From contig NC_058373.1 in assembly GCF_018350175.1 (NCBI RefSeq), positions 107,510,001 to 107,574,000 of the forward strand: a stretch of 64,000 nt of DNA, given 5' to 3'. The DNA comes from Felis catus (lineage: Eukaryota). Position numbers and translations under genes: made by a program. The notes beneath the pieces were generated by a model. It made no database searches and was not told the DNA's origin. It saw nothing but the letters and a program-made list of their open reading frames with translations. This document shows positions 42,809-56,050 of the stretch, piece by piece; within the stretch, counting starts at the first letter, position 1; each line of letters opens with the position of its first letter.

Positions 42809-44422
42809 GTGTGTAAGTTATTAACAGATACTTTTGGTTGATTTTTCACATTTCAAGTTTTAAGAGATTTGTGTAACAGGGTCTCTTAGGTCTTTGTACC
42901 TGTAGCTAATTAATTTTCATGAAAGTGCTAAGTATAGGGTTGCCTACCAGAAGAATAATATTATTTAACACAGGGTGGCCCATTATGAAACAGCCACCTT
43001 TTTTTTTTTTTTTCTTTTTTTCTTGGCATGCCTTTAAATGGAGCCTGTTTTAAATGGGCCACTGCCTAAAAGAACAGATTTACCGAATGTCTGGTCTGGC
43101 CAATAAGGTCCTCTGTGGATACAGACTTCCTGTTGCCTTCTGGACTTGTAAAGCTAAATAGCCAATTATATCAAAAACTCCTCCCCTGTGAGTAGAACCT
43201 TGGTCTGTAGCTAAACAGCCTCATCATTGGACCAGCAGTTGAGTGCTGCCAATATATCTTCGGGCTGAAATTCCAGAGTTGAAATTTATGATGCTTAGAG
43301 TGGAGACTAGCAGATCAAGTCTCCTTGCTATCTCTAAGAGTCTTAGAATCCTGGAAATATCTGCAAGAGCCCCTGAACATCAGCAGAGGAGACAGGAACT
43401 GTGATGGAGGTCTCTCCTTTACTGTTCTAGAAGAGCCCAAAGTCCTCCCTGTTGCTGCATGTTTCTTCATCTACATTTTTGTATTCTGTTGAAATCCAAG
43501 TCCCAGGTACTAGAATCCCCTCCACTCTTAAACAACTCTTATCAGTGTAGCATGTTGGTGTGCTAACTGCTCCATGCAGAATTTTCTTTTTAATCCCTAG
43601 TTTTTCTATGAAAAAATGTCCCTCTGGCTCCACAAAGGAGATTACTACATCCTTTACATGTTAAAGGCCATCTGCCTTAAAGATCCAGGTAGGGTAATTG
43701 ACAAACCAGGAAATTGAGCAATATATGAAAGAGATTTTGTGAATTAAACTCTCATTCCCCTAATCCAAGCTCAGGAAATGCTACAGCTCTCCTTCCTAGC
43801 TCCCTTCAGGTATTTTAGGAGGCATTATATACCAAGATAGTTCTTCAGTCGTCTGGAACGCTTGCTGAAGAGCCTAAAGTTAGAAAAAATTTTAAAGTAG
43901 AAAAGAGAAAGTAAATCGCCATTAATTTTATAAAGATGGCATTTTCATTTAGATGGTAATTTGTTTGCTTTATAACTTCCTCAGACTCTTAAGTGTTCTA
44001 ATTAAAAAAAAAACAAACAATTATGTTTGTATATTCCAATGGATCTTTAAGAATTTGTCAGTCTAGAATATATCATGTTCATTCCCAATGAAAGAGACCC
44101 TAGTTAAAATGCAAAGATGGGATTAATATTTTCAGTATTCCATTCGATTCAGTTGGTGGTGTGCCAACCGTGGTATAGAAGCCAGCCAAGAATTTTTCTG
44201 GCTAGCACAGACTGTCTAACTATTAAGTGAAACATTTGTTGGTGACCATACTTGTGTCTCTCTTTAAAAAAAAAACAAACAAAAACACAAAACATCCTTT
44301 TTTAAGAGATGATTCATGAAAGATGAAGTAAATTGAACCGATTTGATTTTTTTTGGAGACCTGAGTTTATTGTCAAATGAAGTAGTGGTTTAAACAGTGG
44401 CATTTAATTTCGATCTTTTTAA

Positions 44423-44581
<159 letters not shown>

Positions 44582-44677
44582 TGAATGACATTCTCCTTTA
44601 TGAATCCTTCTCTCTCATCGCTGGATTCTCAGCGTTAGTTTTTTTTGTTTTTTTTAAGACTTCATTTTATTTTCTAA

Positions 44678-45178
44678 ACTTTTTTTTTAACGTTTATTTT
44701 TGAGACAGAGAGAGACAGAGCGTGAACGGGGGAGGGTCAGAGAGAGAGGGAGACACAGAAGGCTCCAGGCTCTGAGCTGTCAGCACAGAGCCTGATGCGG
44801 GGCTCGAACTCACAGACCTGAGATCATGACCTGAGCCAAAGTCGGACGCTTAACTGACTGAGCCACCCAGGTGCCCCAAGACTTTATTTTATTTTCTTTA
44901 AAAGTTTATTTATTTTGAAAGAGAGAGATAACCAACAGTGGAGGGGAAGAGAGAGAATCCGAAGCAGGCTCCATGCTGTCTGCATTGAGCATGATGTAGG
45001 GCTTGATCCCATGAACTGTGAGATTATGACCTGAGCTGAGATAAAGAGTCGGCTGCTTCACCAACTGAGTCACCCAGGCACCCCTCTTTTTAAGTAATCT
45101 CCACACTCAACGTGGGGCTTGAACTCACAACCCTGAGATCCAGAGTCACATGCAGTACTGACTAAGCTAGTCAGGTGT
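44678..45178 (-). mobile_element. Cluster of three head-to-tail antisense CanSINEs (44678-44877, 44905-45084, 45085-45178)
   Basis: Three SINE heads (cccaggtgcccc, cccaggcacccc, tcaggtg); the first is flanked by aagactt.atttt duplicates. Confidence 0.9.
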
Positions 45179-45234
45179 TTGTTTAAAACAAAACAACAAA
45201 GAGTTAGTTTGGTCCTACTGAAGAATGTTTCCTG

Positions 45235-46285
45235 ACTTCAAGCTGTATTACAAAACTGTAATCATCAAGACAGTATGGCAATGGCACAAGGACAGACACT
45301 CAGATCAATGGAACAGAATAGAGAACCCAGAAGTGGACGCACAAATGTATGGCCAACTGATCTTTGACAAAGCAGGAAAGAATATTCAATGGAATGAAGA
45401 CAGTCTCTTCAGCAAGTGATGCTGGAAAAACTGGACAGCAACATGCAGAAAAATGAACTTGGACCACTTTCTTACACCATACACAATAATATACCCAAAA
45501 TGGATGAAAGACCTAAATGTAAGACAGGAAGCCATCAAAATCCTTGAGGAGAAAGCAGGCAAAAGCCTCTTTGACCTCAGCCACAGCAACTTCTTACTCA
45601 ACATGTCTCTGGAGGCAAGGGAAACACAAGCAAAAATGAACTATTGGGACTTCATCAAAATAAAAAGCTTCTGCACAGTGAAGGAAACAATCAGCAAAAC
45701 TAAAAGGCAACTGACAGGATGGGAGAAGACATTTGCAAATGACATATCAGATAAACGGTTAGTATCCAAAATCTGTAAAGAACTTATCAAACTCAACACC
45801 CAAAAAACAAATAATCCAGTGAAGAAATGGGCAAAAGACATGAATAGACACTTCTCCAAAGAAGACATCCAGATGGCCAACCGACACATGAAAAAATGCT
45901 CAACATCACTCATCATCAGGGAAATACAAATCAAAACCATATTGAAATACCACCTCACACCTGTCAGAATGGCTAACATTAACAACTCAGGCAACAACAG
46001 ATGTTGGCGAGGATGCTGAGAAAGAGGATCTCTTTTGCATTGCTGGTAGGAATGCAAGCTGATGCAACCACTCCGGAAAACATTACGGAAGTTCCTCAAA
46101 AAATGAAAAATAGAACTACCTTACAACCCAGCAATTGCATTACTAGGTATTTATCCAAGGGATACAGGTATGCTGTTTCGAAGGGGCACATTTCACCCCA
46201 ATGTTTTTGGTAGCACTATCAACAATAGCCAAAGTATGGAAAGAGCCCAAATGTCCATCGATGGATGAATGGATAAAGAAGATGT

Positions 46286-46346
<61 letters not shown>

Positions 46347-46732
46347 GAGTATTACTGGCAATTGAAAAGAATGAAATCTTTCCATTTGCAACTATGTGGA
46401 TGGAACTGGAGGGTATTATGCTAAGCGAAATTAGTCAGAGAAAGACAAATGTCATATGACTTCACTCATATGAGACTTTAAGATACAAAACAGATGAACA
46501 TAAGGGAAGGGAAGCAAAAATTGTATAATAACAGGGAAGGGAACAAAAACATAAGAGACTCTTAAATATGGAGAACAAACAGAGGGTTACTGGCGGGGAT
46601 GTGGGAGGGGGGGATGGGATAAATGGGTAAGGGGCATTAAGGAATCTACTCCTGAAATCATTGTTGCACTATATGCTAACTAATTTGGATGTAAATTAAA
46701 AAAATAAATTAAAAATCGAAAAAAGGAAAAAA
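45235..46732 (+). mobile_element. 5'-truncated L1, sense to SLC38A6, in the intron before exon 12
   Basis: ORF2 peptides [15 protein letters not shown] and the 188-aa ORF 45453..46019; A-rich tail; TSD AATGTTTCCTG at 45224-45234 and 46733-46743. Confidence 0.95.
46288..46341. repeat. (TA)27 microsatellite within L1
   Basis: Read directly. Confidence 0.97.
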
Positions 46733-46870
46733 AATGTTTCCTGGGAGCAAAATCTTTGTGCAGCAATTTCAAATAAAAAATTCTAGTATATAGTTATTAA
46801 TGAAGTAGTTCTTGAACAATTAAGGAATCCTCTTGACTAGCTTGGTTGATATTTGTTTCTTTAGATATAA

Positions 46871-47026
<156 letters not shown>

Positions 47027-50000
47027 TAATTATCAGTGACAAATTGTTCTCTAGTTGATCTCACACCTGAATATAGACTTTGTTTCCGCCTCTTGTTAGT
47101 AAGTTAATTTAGGCTGCTAAATTCAGTGTAGTACTGTAGTAGCTTTATGGGCCTTAAAAAATTGATTTTCTTTCTCTTAAAAATATGGATCAAGTTCAAG
47201 ATTAATAATAACTTCATATAAAAAAAATTTTAACACCTAAGTAAAGCCAAAGGCTTAGGGACATTGCTGTCTTTCTACAAGAAACAAATGTGCAATCATT
47301 ATTTTCTAAGAATTCAATATTTTGGAATCTAGTTTGGGAGGTTGGGAGAATCAGTCATCTTAATTGCAAAAGAACAACTTGAGAAAGGGAAGGGTTTTAC
47401 ACTGGACTGTAGTTGTACACTTAGATCTCAGAGATCTTTGCCTTCACACTTAATTTGCACAATTTGGCATTGTACGTTCTATGATACCTTCCCCCCCCCT
47501 TAAATTTGGTAAAAGGATTCTTCTAAATTCTTAAATTTAAAAAAATTAAGTAAATTTTTATTTATTTTTGAAAAATTGTCTGCTTGGTATGTGTTTTTTT
47601 CTGTTCTAAAAAGAACCTAAAGAAAAAGTAAAACTTAAAAGTCCAGAGTAAGAAAAAAAATTGTAGCCTCTTTTGTTTAATCTGCAAACCTATTTAATTT
47701 GCAAACAAACCCATTATAACAAATTGCACTCAATTTGTCAATTCTGGAATACACTTTTCAGCTTATGAGTGCTTTTATAACAGCTCTTCAAGTAAATGGC
47801 TGTTATTACTCTGGTGATATTTAGCTGTTACGACTGATTTTATGGTTGATAGCCTTGTGCACATGTTTCAGGTTTTAGACATCCATGATTACTTCTAATG
47901 GCACTTTGCTTCTCTCCCAGAGTTTTTCCAAGTCTGACAAGTTTTTGGATGTTTACTTGCACAGCTACCTTTACTAAACCAGCTACCTTTCCTAATCCCA
48001 GTGGAAAGAGTATGGATTTTGAAATCCAACAAATATGGTACAAATAACTATTCTGCTCTAACTAGCTTGAACAGGACACTCACCTTGTAATCTTTTCATC
48101 TTCTAATCTGTAACAGAAAATTGCATAGAGTTTTATTGAGGAGGAAATGAGTTATGTCTAAAATGCCTATTATGGTATCCGGCACATAGCAGTCTTCCAC
48201 AAAGGAGAGCTACTGCTGATGGTTACTGTTATTATTATTGTCATTATTATTATAGTCATTTTATAATTTCAGGTGCTCAGTTTTTCAGCACTGTACTTCT
48301 CACTATCTTTAATGAAATTTAAGTTAAATATGGTAACTTAATAGTATAATGTGTATGCTCTTGAATTATATGAGAAAATTGTAATTGTTCTTTAGTCCTT
48401 TTCCTGCTATCTCTATGCTGTTTTAACAGTAAGAAAGGCCATTCATTAATCTAAATCTGCTCTTGCATTTCATACTGATGGAGGATAAAAATGGTAGAGC
48501 TCTGTGTACACCATCAGGAAAAGCATCATCTCCAACACGAGTATGACACCCTGCTGGATACACTACAAAGAAAATTAAGGCAGATGGATAAGCTTTTTTT
48601 GATCATGGCTCATAAAACAAAATTCTTGAACTATATAAGCTCTAGCTTTGGTTGTTGGGTTTGTAAGTTTTTGCACAGACTTGAGCCCAGTAAGACTTTT
48701 CTAGAATAATAAGATACTGTAGCAAGCTCTCTGTTGAGATTGAGCAAAAACTTAGTATAGCAGATTAGCTGTGTATTTTTCTAAATTAAAATTGTCACTG
48801 GCGCAAATACTACTATATTTAGGAATCTTCAACATTGAGAAAGAGTCCAAAAAATGACCTCCTTTTCCTCCTTATGGATAGCTATCTGGAAGAAGCCTCA
48901 AATGGCCTGCCAATCTCCAGGATAGCTGAGGAATAGTTATATAAATTGCCATGAAATGCTATATTAAATTATCAGAAAGCTTACATTGAAGGGAAAGTGG
49001 AAGAAGGATGGATGCTAATACATTTATTGAGCTAACGTTTCCTGTGTAAATGCCAGGTATCTTATATACATTGCTTACCTTAATCCTTACAGCAACTCTA
49101 CAAGGTATAGGTTCACATAGCTTGAGCAATTGGCCAGATACTTGCAGCTAATGAATGATGCGTTGGGATTTGAATCCAATTCTGACTGTCTCCAAAGGTA
49201 GTGCTTTTATTACTATGTTCCCTCCTCAGGAATTATGCTAGAGAACCCAGATTTCCTTCATCCCAAGTTTTTGTCGATTATCTTTTGGAAGAACCTGGCT
49301 CACTTAAGCTCCAGACATATCTATATATCTCTGTCTACTTACCTACCTATCTACTGATCTATTGTTCCATGAACACAGAGGCGAAACATTTTCATTATGT
49401 AAATGAAATATTTCCTACACAGGGATTGTCCTTGTTATCAGGTCAAGCTGTTATGTTGTCTCCGACTTAATGCACCGCAAATTCTTCAGACTGTCCACAT
49501 TTTATCTAATGGAGAAATGCACATCTAAGAAAAATCTCATTGTAGGTAGGTGATAGAAAGAATGATATAAAAGTAGCTCCTTCTCCAAAGACCAAAGAAG
49601 ATTCAGATATTGATTTTTCTGTTCACAATAGCTTTTGGGGGGCTGTTAATCATCACTAAGGAGCACCTTTTTTGGTATATTTCTGTTGAGATATCAGTAG
49701 CTCTCATTCTTATGGAGAGAAATTACTGAGCAATTATCAAAAGGGCTAGTCACAAATTAAGGCCTTGAACTCATTTTGTAAATGAGCAGCTGAAGCCCAA
49801 AGAAGTGAAGTGACCTGTTAACAATATTTGTAGTAGCATGTCTCCTGAGTACTAATCTAGTAATCTTTCTGCTACTCTGTGGTAATCTTTCTAAACTTCA
49901 GATGGTTTGACAATGTGTATTACACAAGACAGCCTCCTGGCTTAATAGCATATATAACTTGCAGAGGTTCTTACTAAGATTTATAGAGATTTGTCTGAAT

Positions 50001-51009
50001 TCAGAGAAGTGTGTTGTACTCTATCCCTCACATATGTTAAGGCTCAGCTAAGAACACAGAATTGACTGGTTCGGAAGAAATGTTTTCATCCTGGGAAAGG
50101 AGAAAGTGGATATGGAACAGATATTTTGAATTTATAATCTAGCTCTTCTGACTTCTGGAGCTGCTTGGGATCCTTTTATCCAGTGCTCCCAAGGCTTAGT
50201 TAATATCTAAATTTTGTCAGATTACAGGGACCTATAAGTATGTACCTAGATTAATAATATTGGCTCTTTACAGACGTTACAGCATTATAAGGTGAGGAAG
50301 AAAAAGTGTTCCTCTGGGGAGCCAGGCCAATGCCCAAATGTTGCATAATAACCAGACCATTTTAAAAGTCTACAGAATTGTTAAGCAGTGTTAATAGCTC
50401 ATTTTCATGATTCAAAAAGTAGAAAGAAAATAGTTTGCCATATTTTTTCAAAGACTTGCGAATATCTCAGACTTGGAAATAGAATCCGGCTTTCCTGGCT
50501 CTTCTTAATCTCTTACTTAGTCCATTAATCTCCTATTGTGTAAAGAAGTTCTTTGATACGTTAGATAATTGGTTTTTCTCCCTTTTCCATTATCACTAGT
50601 CTAGTTCAGATTCTCATTATCTCTCAGTGATTATGACAGTAACCTTCTAACTCTTATTTCAGTTTTGGGTATCTTTTTCTTCCTGCTTAGTTCAGATCCT
50701 AGTACACCAATCTTCATAAGTCATTGCATCTCTGTAGCCCACCAGATTGAGTACAAACCTCCTGAACAGCTCTGTTACTGGGTCTTAAATGCATTTCTGG
50801 CCTTATCACCCAATACTGTCTCTGCTCTACAGCACATCCTGTTTAAGCCACTGTAAGTACTTACTACTACTAGACTGCTCATTTTCTCAGATGCATATTC
50901 TCTGTGCTACTTCAGGGCTTCTGCTTATGTTACTTCTTCCTCTGAGAAAGAATCTCTTTCTCCACCCATACATTAACTCATTTATGGCCCTCAGTAACTC
51001 CACACATCA

Positions 51010-51130
51010 AAATATTAGTGTCCCATTTTACAGATGTAAGAACGAAGAGACTCAGAGAAGTTAGGTTGCTAGTAAGTAGAGGAATTTGAACATCATCAGT
51101 CTGTGTGGTCCCAGAATTCAAGACCCTCTA
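51010..51130 (-). mobile_element. MIR fragment; similar MIR cores near 9420, 14480, 15560, 20040, 49060, 51950 and 56760
   Basis: cccattttacagatgtaagaacgaagagactcagagaagttagg MIR core. Confidence 0.65.
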
Positions 51131-51431
51131 CCTTCCTGCTCTTCACTATATCATGATGACTCTCCCCAAGCCTCCCTGTGTTTCCTCCTTCCTCCATATC
51201 AAAGTCATAGTTACCTGTCCCTATTCACAATCACTCTTTGTTTAGAACAACTACTGCCACGTACGTGTATATCTGTGTTTATACGCTTTCTATTTTATGT
51301 GTATATGTTCATCTCATTGCTCCTTTAAATATTAAGTTCCTTGAAAACAGACGTGTGTTTGTTTTTTATTTCCTCCAAAGCATCTCTCTGAAAACATATT
51401 ACTCTCCAGTTTAAAAAGCACCATCTATTTT

Positions 51432-51559
51432 GGGGCACCCGAGTGGCTCAGTTGGTTAAGAACCCAACTCTTGATCTAAGTTCAGGTCTTGATCTCAGGG
51501 TCATGAGTTCAAACTCCGCGTAGGGCTCCACATGGCGTGAAGCCTACTTAAAAATAAAA
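51432..51559 (+). mobile_element. Short old CanSINE
   Basis: ggggcacccgagtggctcagttggttaag...gagttcaaactcc...gcctacttaaaaataaaa. Confidence 0.88.
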
Positions 51560-52398
51560 GACAGTATTCTATTTTAAGTACAGACTGATCTTTCACTACA
51601 AGGCAGGACATGGAACGTTCTTGAGAACGCTCAATCTTCGTACCCCTCGTCTGACTGGGGGCGTAGAAGACATTGGGAAAATGGAAGACTGACATGGAGC
51701 AAAGCATGGTCAGCATGTACAAATTCTGTCACTGACTACCACTGGCTTGCTGAGTAAGCCATTTCCCTACAACTACATTTTCTTATGAAAGAGGAATTTA
51801 CAGGTGAAATGTTGATGAAACAGACAACATGTACAGAAGTGTAAGATTCTAGAAAACGTTGCGGTATTGAGGAAAGGGTATTGGCTTTGGCACCAAAAAA
51901 AAAAAAAGTGGGTACTCTTTTAGCTCTTCGAGCTCTGCCCCTTTGTGCTGTGTGATCTTGGGCAAGTCCATTAATATTTTTCAGCCTAGCTACCCTCTTT
52001 ATTGTTATAAGGGTACACATGATACCCTTTCAATGATACATGTGAAAGCACCTTACAAAACAAACAAATGTTCAAGACCTTTGGATTATGGAAAAGTTCT
52101 CAAGTTATATGTATATATATAGATACAGATATATATAGATATGTATACATATATATGTATTTTCATGGTCATAATTTTAGCAGTTCTGCTGATTTCTAGT
52201 TTAATTAAAAGAAAAGATTGTAACTTTAAAGCAGATATTTAACTAATGTCTCTATGTTTCAAAGGCTAGGGAAAAGGCCAGAGATGGATTTGGTACTGAG
52301 AATCCAAAATTTGTTAAGATCCATTTGTGCAAAGTAAAATAGTTTTGCTGTTATTGACATCATAGTAGTTTATAATGTGATCCTTATTATTGTTTTAA

Positions 52399-52557
<159 letters not shown>

Positions 52558-53497
52558 TAATGTAGCAGCTCCCTGATATGGCAACGCTAATTCTTTGCAG
52601 ACTGGAATGTTTGAATCACATCTAGTCTTGTATATCTTATTCATTTGTCAGGTAATTGATCAAAGACCTCATACTTGCATATGGCCCCATGAAGGCACAA
52701 AAATAACAGTGAACCACTAAGCTAATTTGTGCTTTTTGAGATTTAGTTTAGATTTACGCTCTCCCACAGCATTGTTTCCAATTTAGAGACTATGGTTCTT
52801 CTAAAGTTTGGGGTTTCCCCCCCTCCTTTAATTCTGTATTCTGTTTTCACAAGAATGTGCATGAAGAAGCAAAAGTCAAGTCAGCAAAAATAAGCTCGTT
52901 CTGGTTTATTGTAGATTTATTTTCACATAGACATTCTAATTTAATCTTAGTCAAAATATTGTATTTGCTTGAGAATTATAATTAAGGGGCAGAACAGATC
53001 TTCATTCTGTATTTAGTTGCCATATGTAAGAATCTTAAGAATTTCTGAGAAAATGGAAACAGAGGCTTGAGGTATGAATGTTTCTGCATGAATGTCTTGA
53101 ATCCCTCAACAGCAAGTTCCCGAAGAACTGGGCCTTCAAGATTTTTGGCCCACTTCCTGTGTAGACTGCACAGCCAGGAGGGCAGCGGTGGGGGGTAAAC
53201 ATTTGTGGGGTATGACTGCCTGCTGCTCGCCTTGGCAGTGGGAAGTGTCATGAACTAGTTTTCATATTTACATGCTATGAAACAGATAATATAAAATAAA
53301 ATAGTACATGGTGTCTCTTTACCATAGCATGATTCTTTTTTCTTTTCAAACTTTTTGTTCTTCTCTCTGTGAATTTAATGAAAATGATTCTCTGAGATTT
53401 CATCACACAGTGTTATTGTTGGTCATTTTGAAAATTATGCAACCTAAAGACATTGAATGTGAACATTTCTTCAAGAATTAAAGCAAAATAATTTTTA

Positions 53498-53710
53498 AAA
53501 AATTTTTTTTTAACGTTTTATTTATTTTTGAGACAGAGAGAGACAGAGCATGAACGGGGGAGGGGCAGAGAGAGAGGGAGACACAGAATCTGAAACAGGC
53601 TCCAGGGTCTGAGCCATCAGCCCAGAGCCCGATGCGGGGCTCGAACTCACGGACCGCGAGCTCGTGACCTGAGCTGAAGTCGGCCGCTTAACGGACTGAG
53701 CCACCCAGGC
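53498..53710 (-). mobile_element. Young felid CanSINE
   Basis: TSD CAAAATAATTTTTA at 53484 and 53711. Confidence 0.95.
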
Positions 53711-53891
53711 CAAAATAATTTTTATTAAGCTCACTCAGAAAGGTGTATTTCTTAGTTGATTTGTCCTAAACACTTTATAATAATCGTTTATGCTGTATTT
53801 TTTAAAAATCTAAATGGTGTAGGGAGCAAGGATGTCATGCTTACTATACTGTACCTGTGTTTCCCTAAGCAAGTATGTTGGCTTTGCTTAA

Positions 53892-54325
<434 letters not shown>

Positions 54326-54391
54326 TAAGAAATAATTTGTCATTTTGTACTTGAGTAGTTTATCTACATCAAGAAAGTTCATGTATTTTGA

Positions 54392-54547
<156 letters not shown>

Positions 54548-54726
54548 AACAAATATTTTCCCACTTCTTACAAAGAATAATTTACCTCTATATGCAAAAA
54601 GGAATAATTCTGTAAAGCACCTTTGATGAATCCTTTTTATATGGGTAAACATTTTTATAAACATTATTAACAGAAAAGCAGAACAAAATGGAATAGGTAG
54701 CGGAAAGTGGGTTTATAGCAGTTTTA

Positions 54727-54737
54727 ATTAAAATAAA
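54727..54737 (+). terminator. Polyadenylation signal of SLC38A6 (overlapping ATTAAA/AATAAA)
   Basis: ATTAAAATAAA ~180 nt after the stop, followed by T/GT-rich sequence (tgttctttg). Confidence 0.7.
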
Positions 54738-54787
54738 ATTCAAAATGTTCTTTGATAAGTTAGGTCAGCCTTTGTATTTTTAAAAAA

Positions 54788-55026
54788 TTAATAGACTTTA
54801 TTTTTTAGGGTGGATTTAATGTTTACAGAAACATTGAGCAGAAGGTACAGAGTTCTCATATATCCCCTGATCCCCAACACACCCATAGTTTCCCATATTG
54901 TTGAAATCTTGCATTCATGTGGTGCATTTGTTATACTTGATGAGCCAATATTGATACAGTACTTGTAAAACATTTTTTAAGTCTGTTGATTTTGAGAGAG
55001 AGCGAGAACATGAGCAAGGGAGGAGC

Positions 55027-55057
<31 letters not shown>

Positions 55058-56050
55058 ATATCAAGCAGGCTCCACACTGGCAGCACAGAGCCTGACATGG
55101 GGCTGGAACTCACAAACCAGGAGATCATGACCTGAGCCAACATCAAGAGTCAGACACTTAACCGACTGAGCCACCTGGGTACCCCTTGATACAGTATTAT
55201 TTACTGAAGTACATAGTTTGCCTGAGAGTTCACTGTTGACGCAAGCATTGGCAACCACTGATCTTTTGACTGACTTCATAAAAACTGTGAGCCTTTCCCT
55301 GTGAGCCTTTTCTAGGATGTCATATAGTTGGAATTATATATTATCTAACCTTTCAGGCTGGCTCTTTCACTTAAACAAAATGCAGTTAAGTTTCCTCCAT
55401 GCATTTTCATATAACTCATTTCTTTTTATTATTGAATAATATTCCACTGTATGGATGGGCCAGTTTGTGTTTTCATTCACCTGTTGAAGGACCTCTTCCT
55501 GGCTTTCAAAGTTATGAATAAAGTGTGTACAGGTTTTTGTGTGGATATAAGTTTCAGCTTTTTTGGGTTAATACCAAAGAGCACAATTGCTGCATCATAC
55601 GGTAAGAATATGTTTAGTCTTATAAGAAACTGCCAAACTGCCTTCCAAACTAGCTGTAATATATTACATTTCTGACAGCAGTGAATGAGAGTTCCTGTTG
55701 TTCTATATCCTCGCCAACATTTGGTGTTGTCAGTGGTTTGGATTTTTGCCATTCTAATGGGTGTGTAGTTATATCTCATTGTTTCAATTTGCATTTCCCT
55801 AATGACATATGATGTGGAGCATCTTTTCATATGCTTATTTGCCATCTGTATATTTTCTTGGGTGAGGTTTGGATCTTTTGCCCATTTTTTAAATTGGTTT
55901 ATTTTCTCACTGTTGGCTTTTAAGCATTCTTTGTATATTTTAGATACCAGTCCTTTATCAGATAATGTGTTTTGCAAAAATTCTCTCCCAATCGGTGGCT
56001 TGCCTTCTCGTTCTCTTAACAGTGTTTATCACAGGCAGAAGTTTTTAGTG
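54788..56050 (-). mobile_element. Ancient L1 (L1MC-like) 3' region directly downstream of the SLC38A6 poly(A) signal
   Basis: ORF 55477..55977 is the ORF2 C-terminus (QMANKHMKRCSTS...KCWRG); L1MC-type 3' end near 54790-54960. Confidence 0.88.
54968..55185 (-). mobile_element. CanSINE nested in L1MC
   Basis: TSD TTGATACAGTA at 54951 and 55186. Confidence 0.93.

Noticed and set aside
45453..46019. Longest ORFs (188, 166, 165, 157, 152 aa) as novel genes
   Set aside because: All are L1 ORF2 fragments or their antisense frames in 5'-truncated elements that lack ORF1, a promoter and the endonuclease domain.
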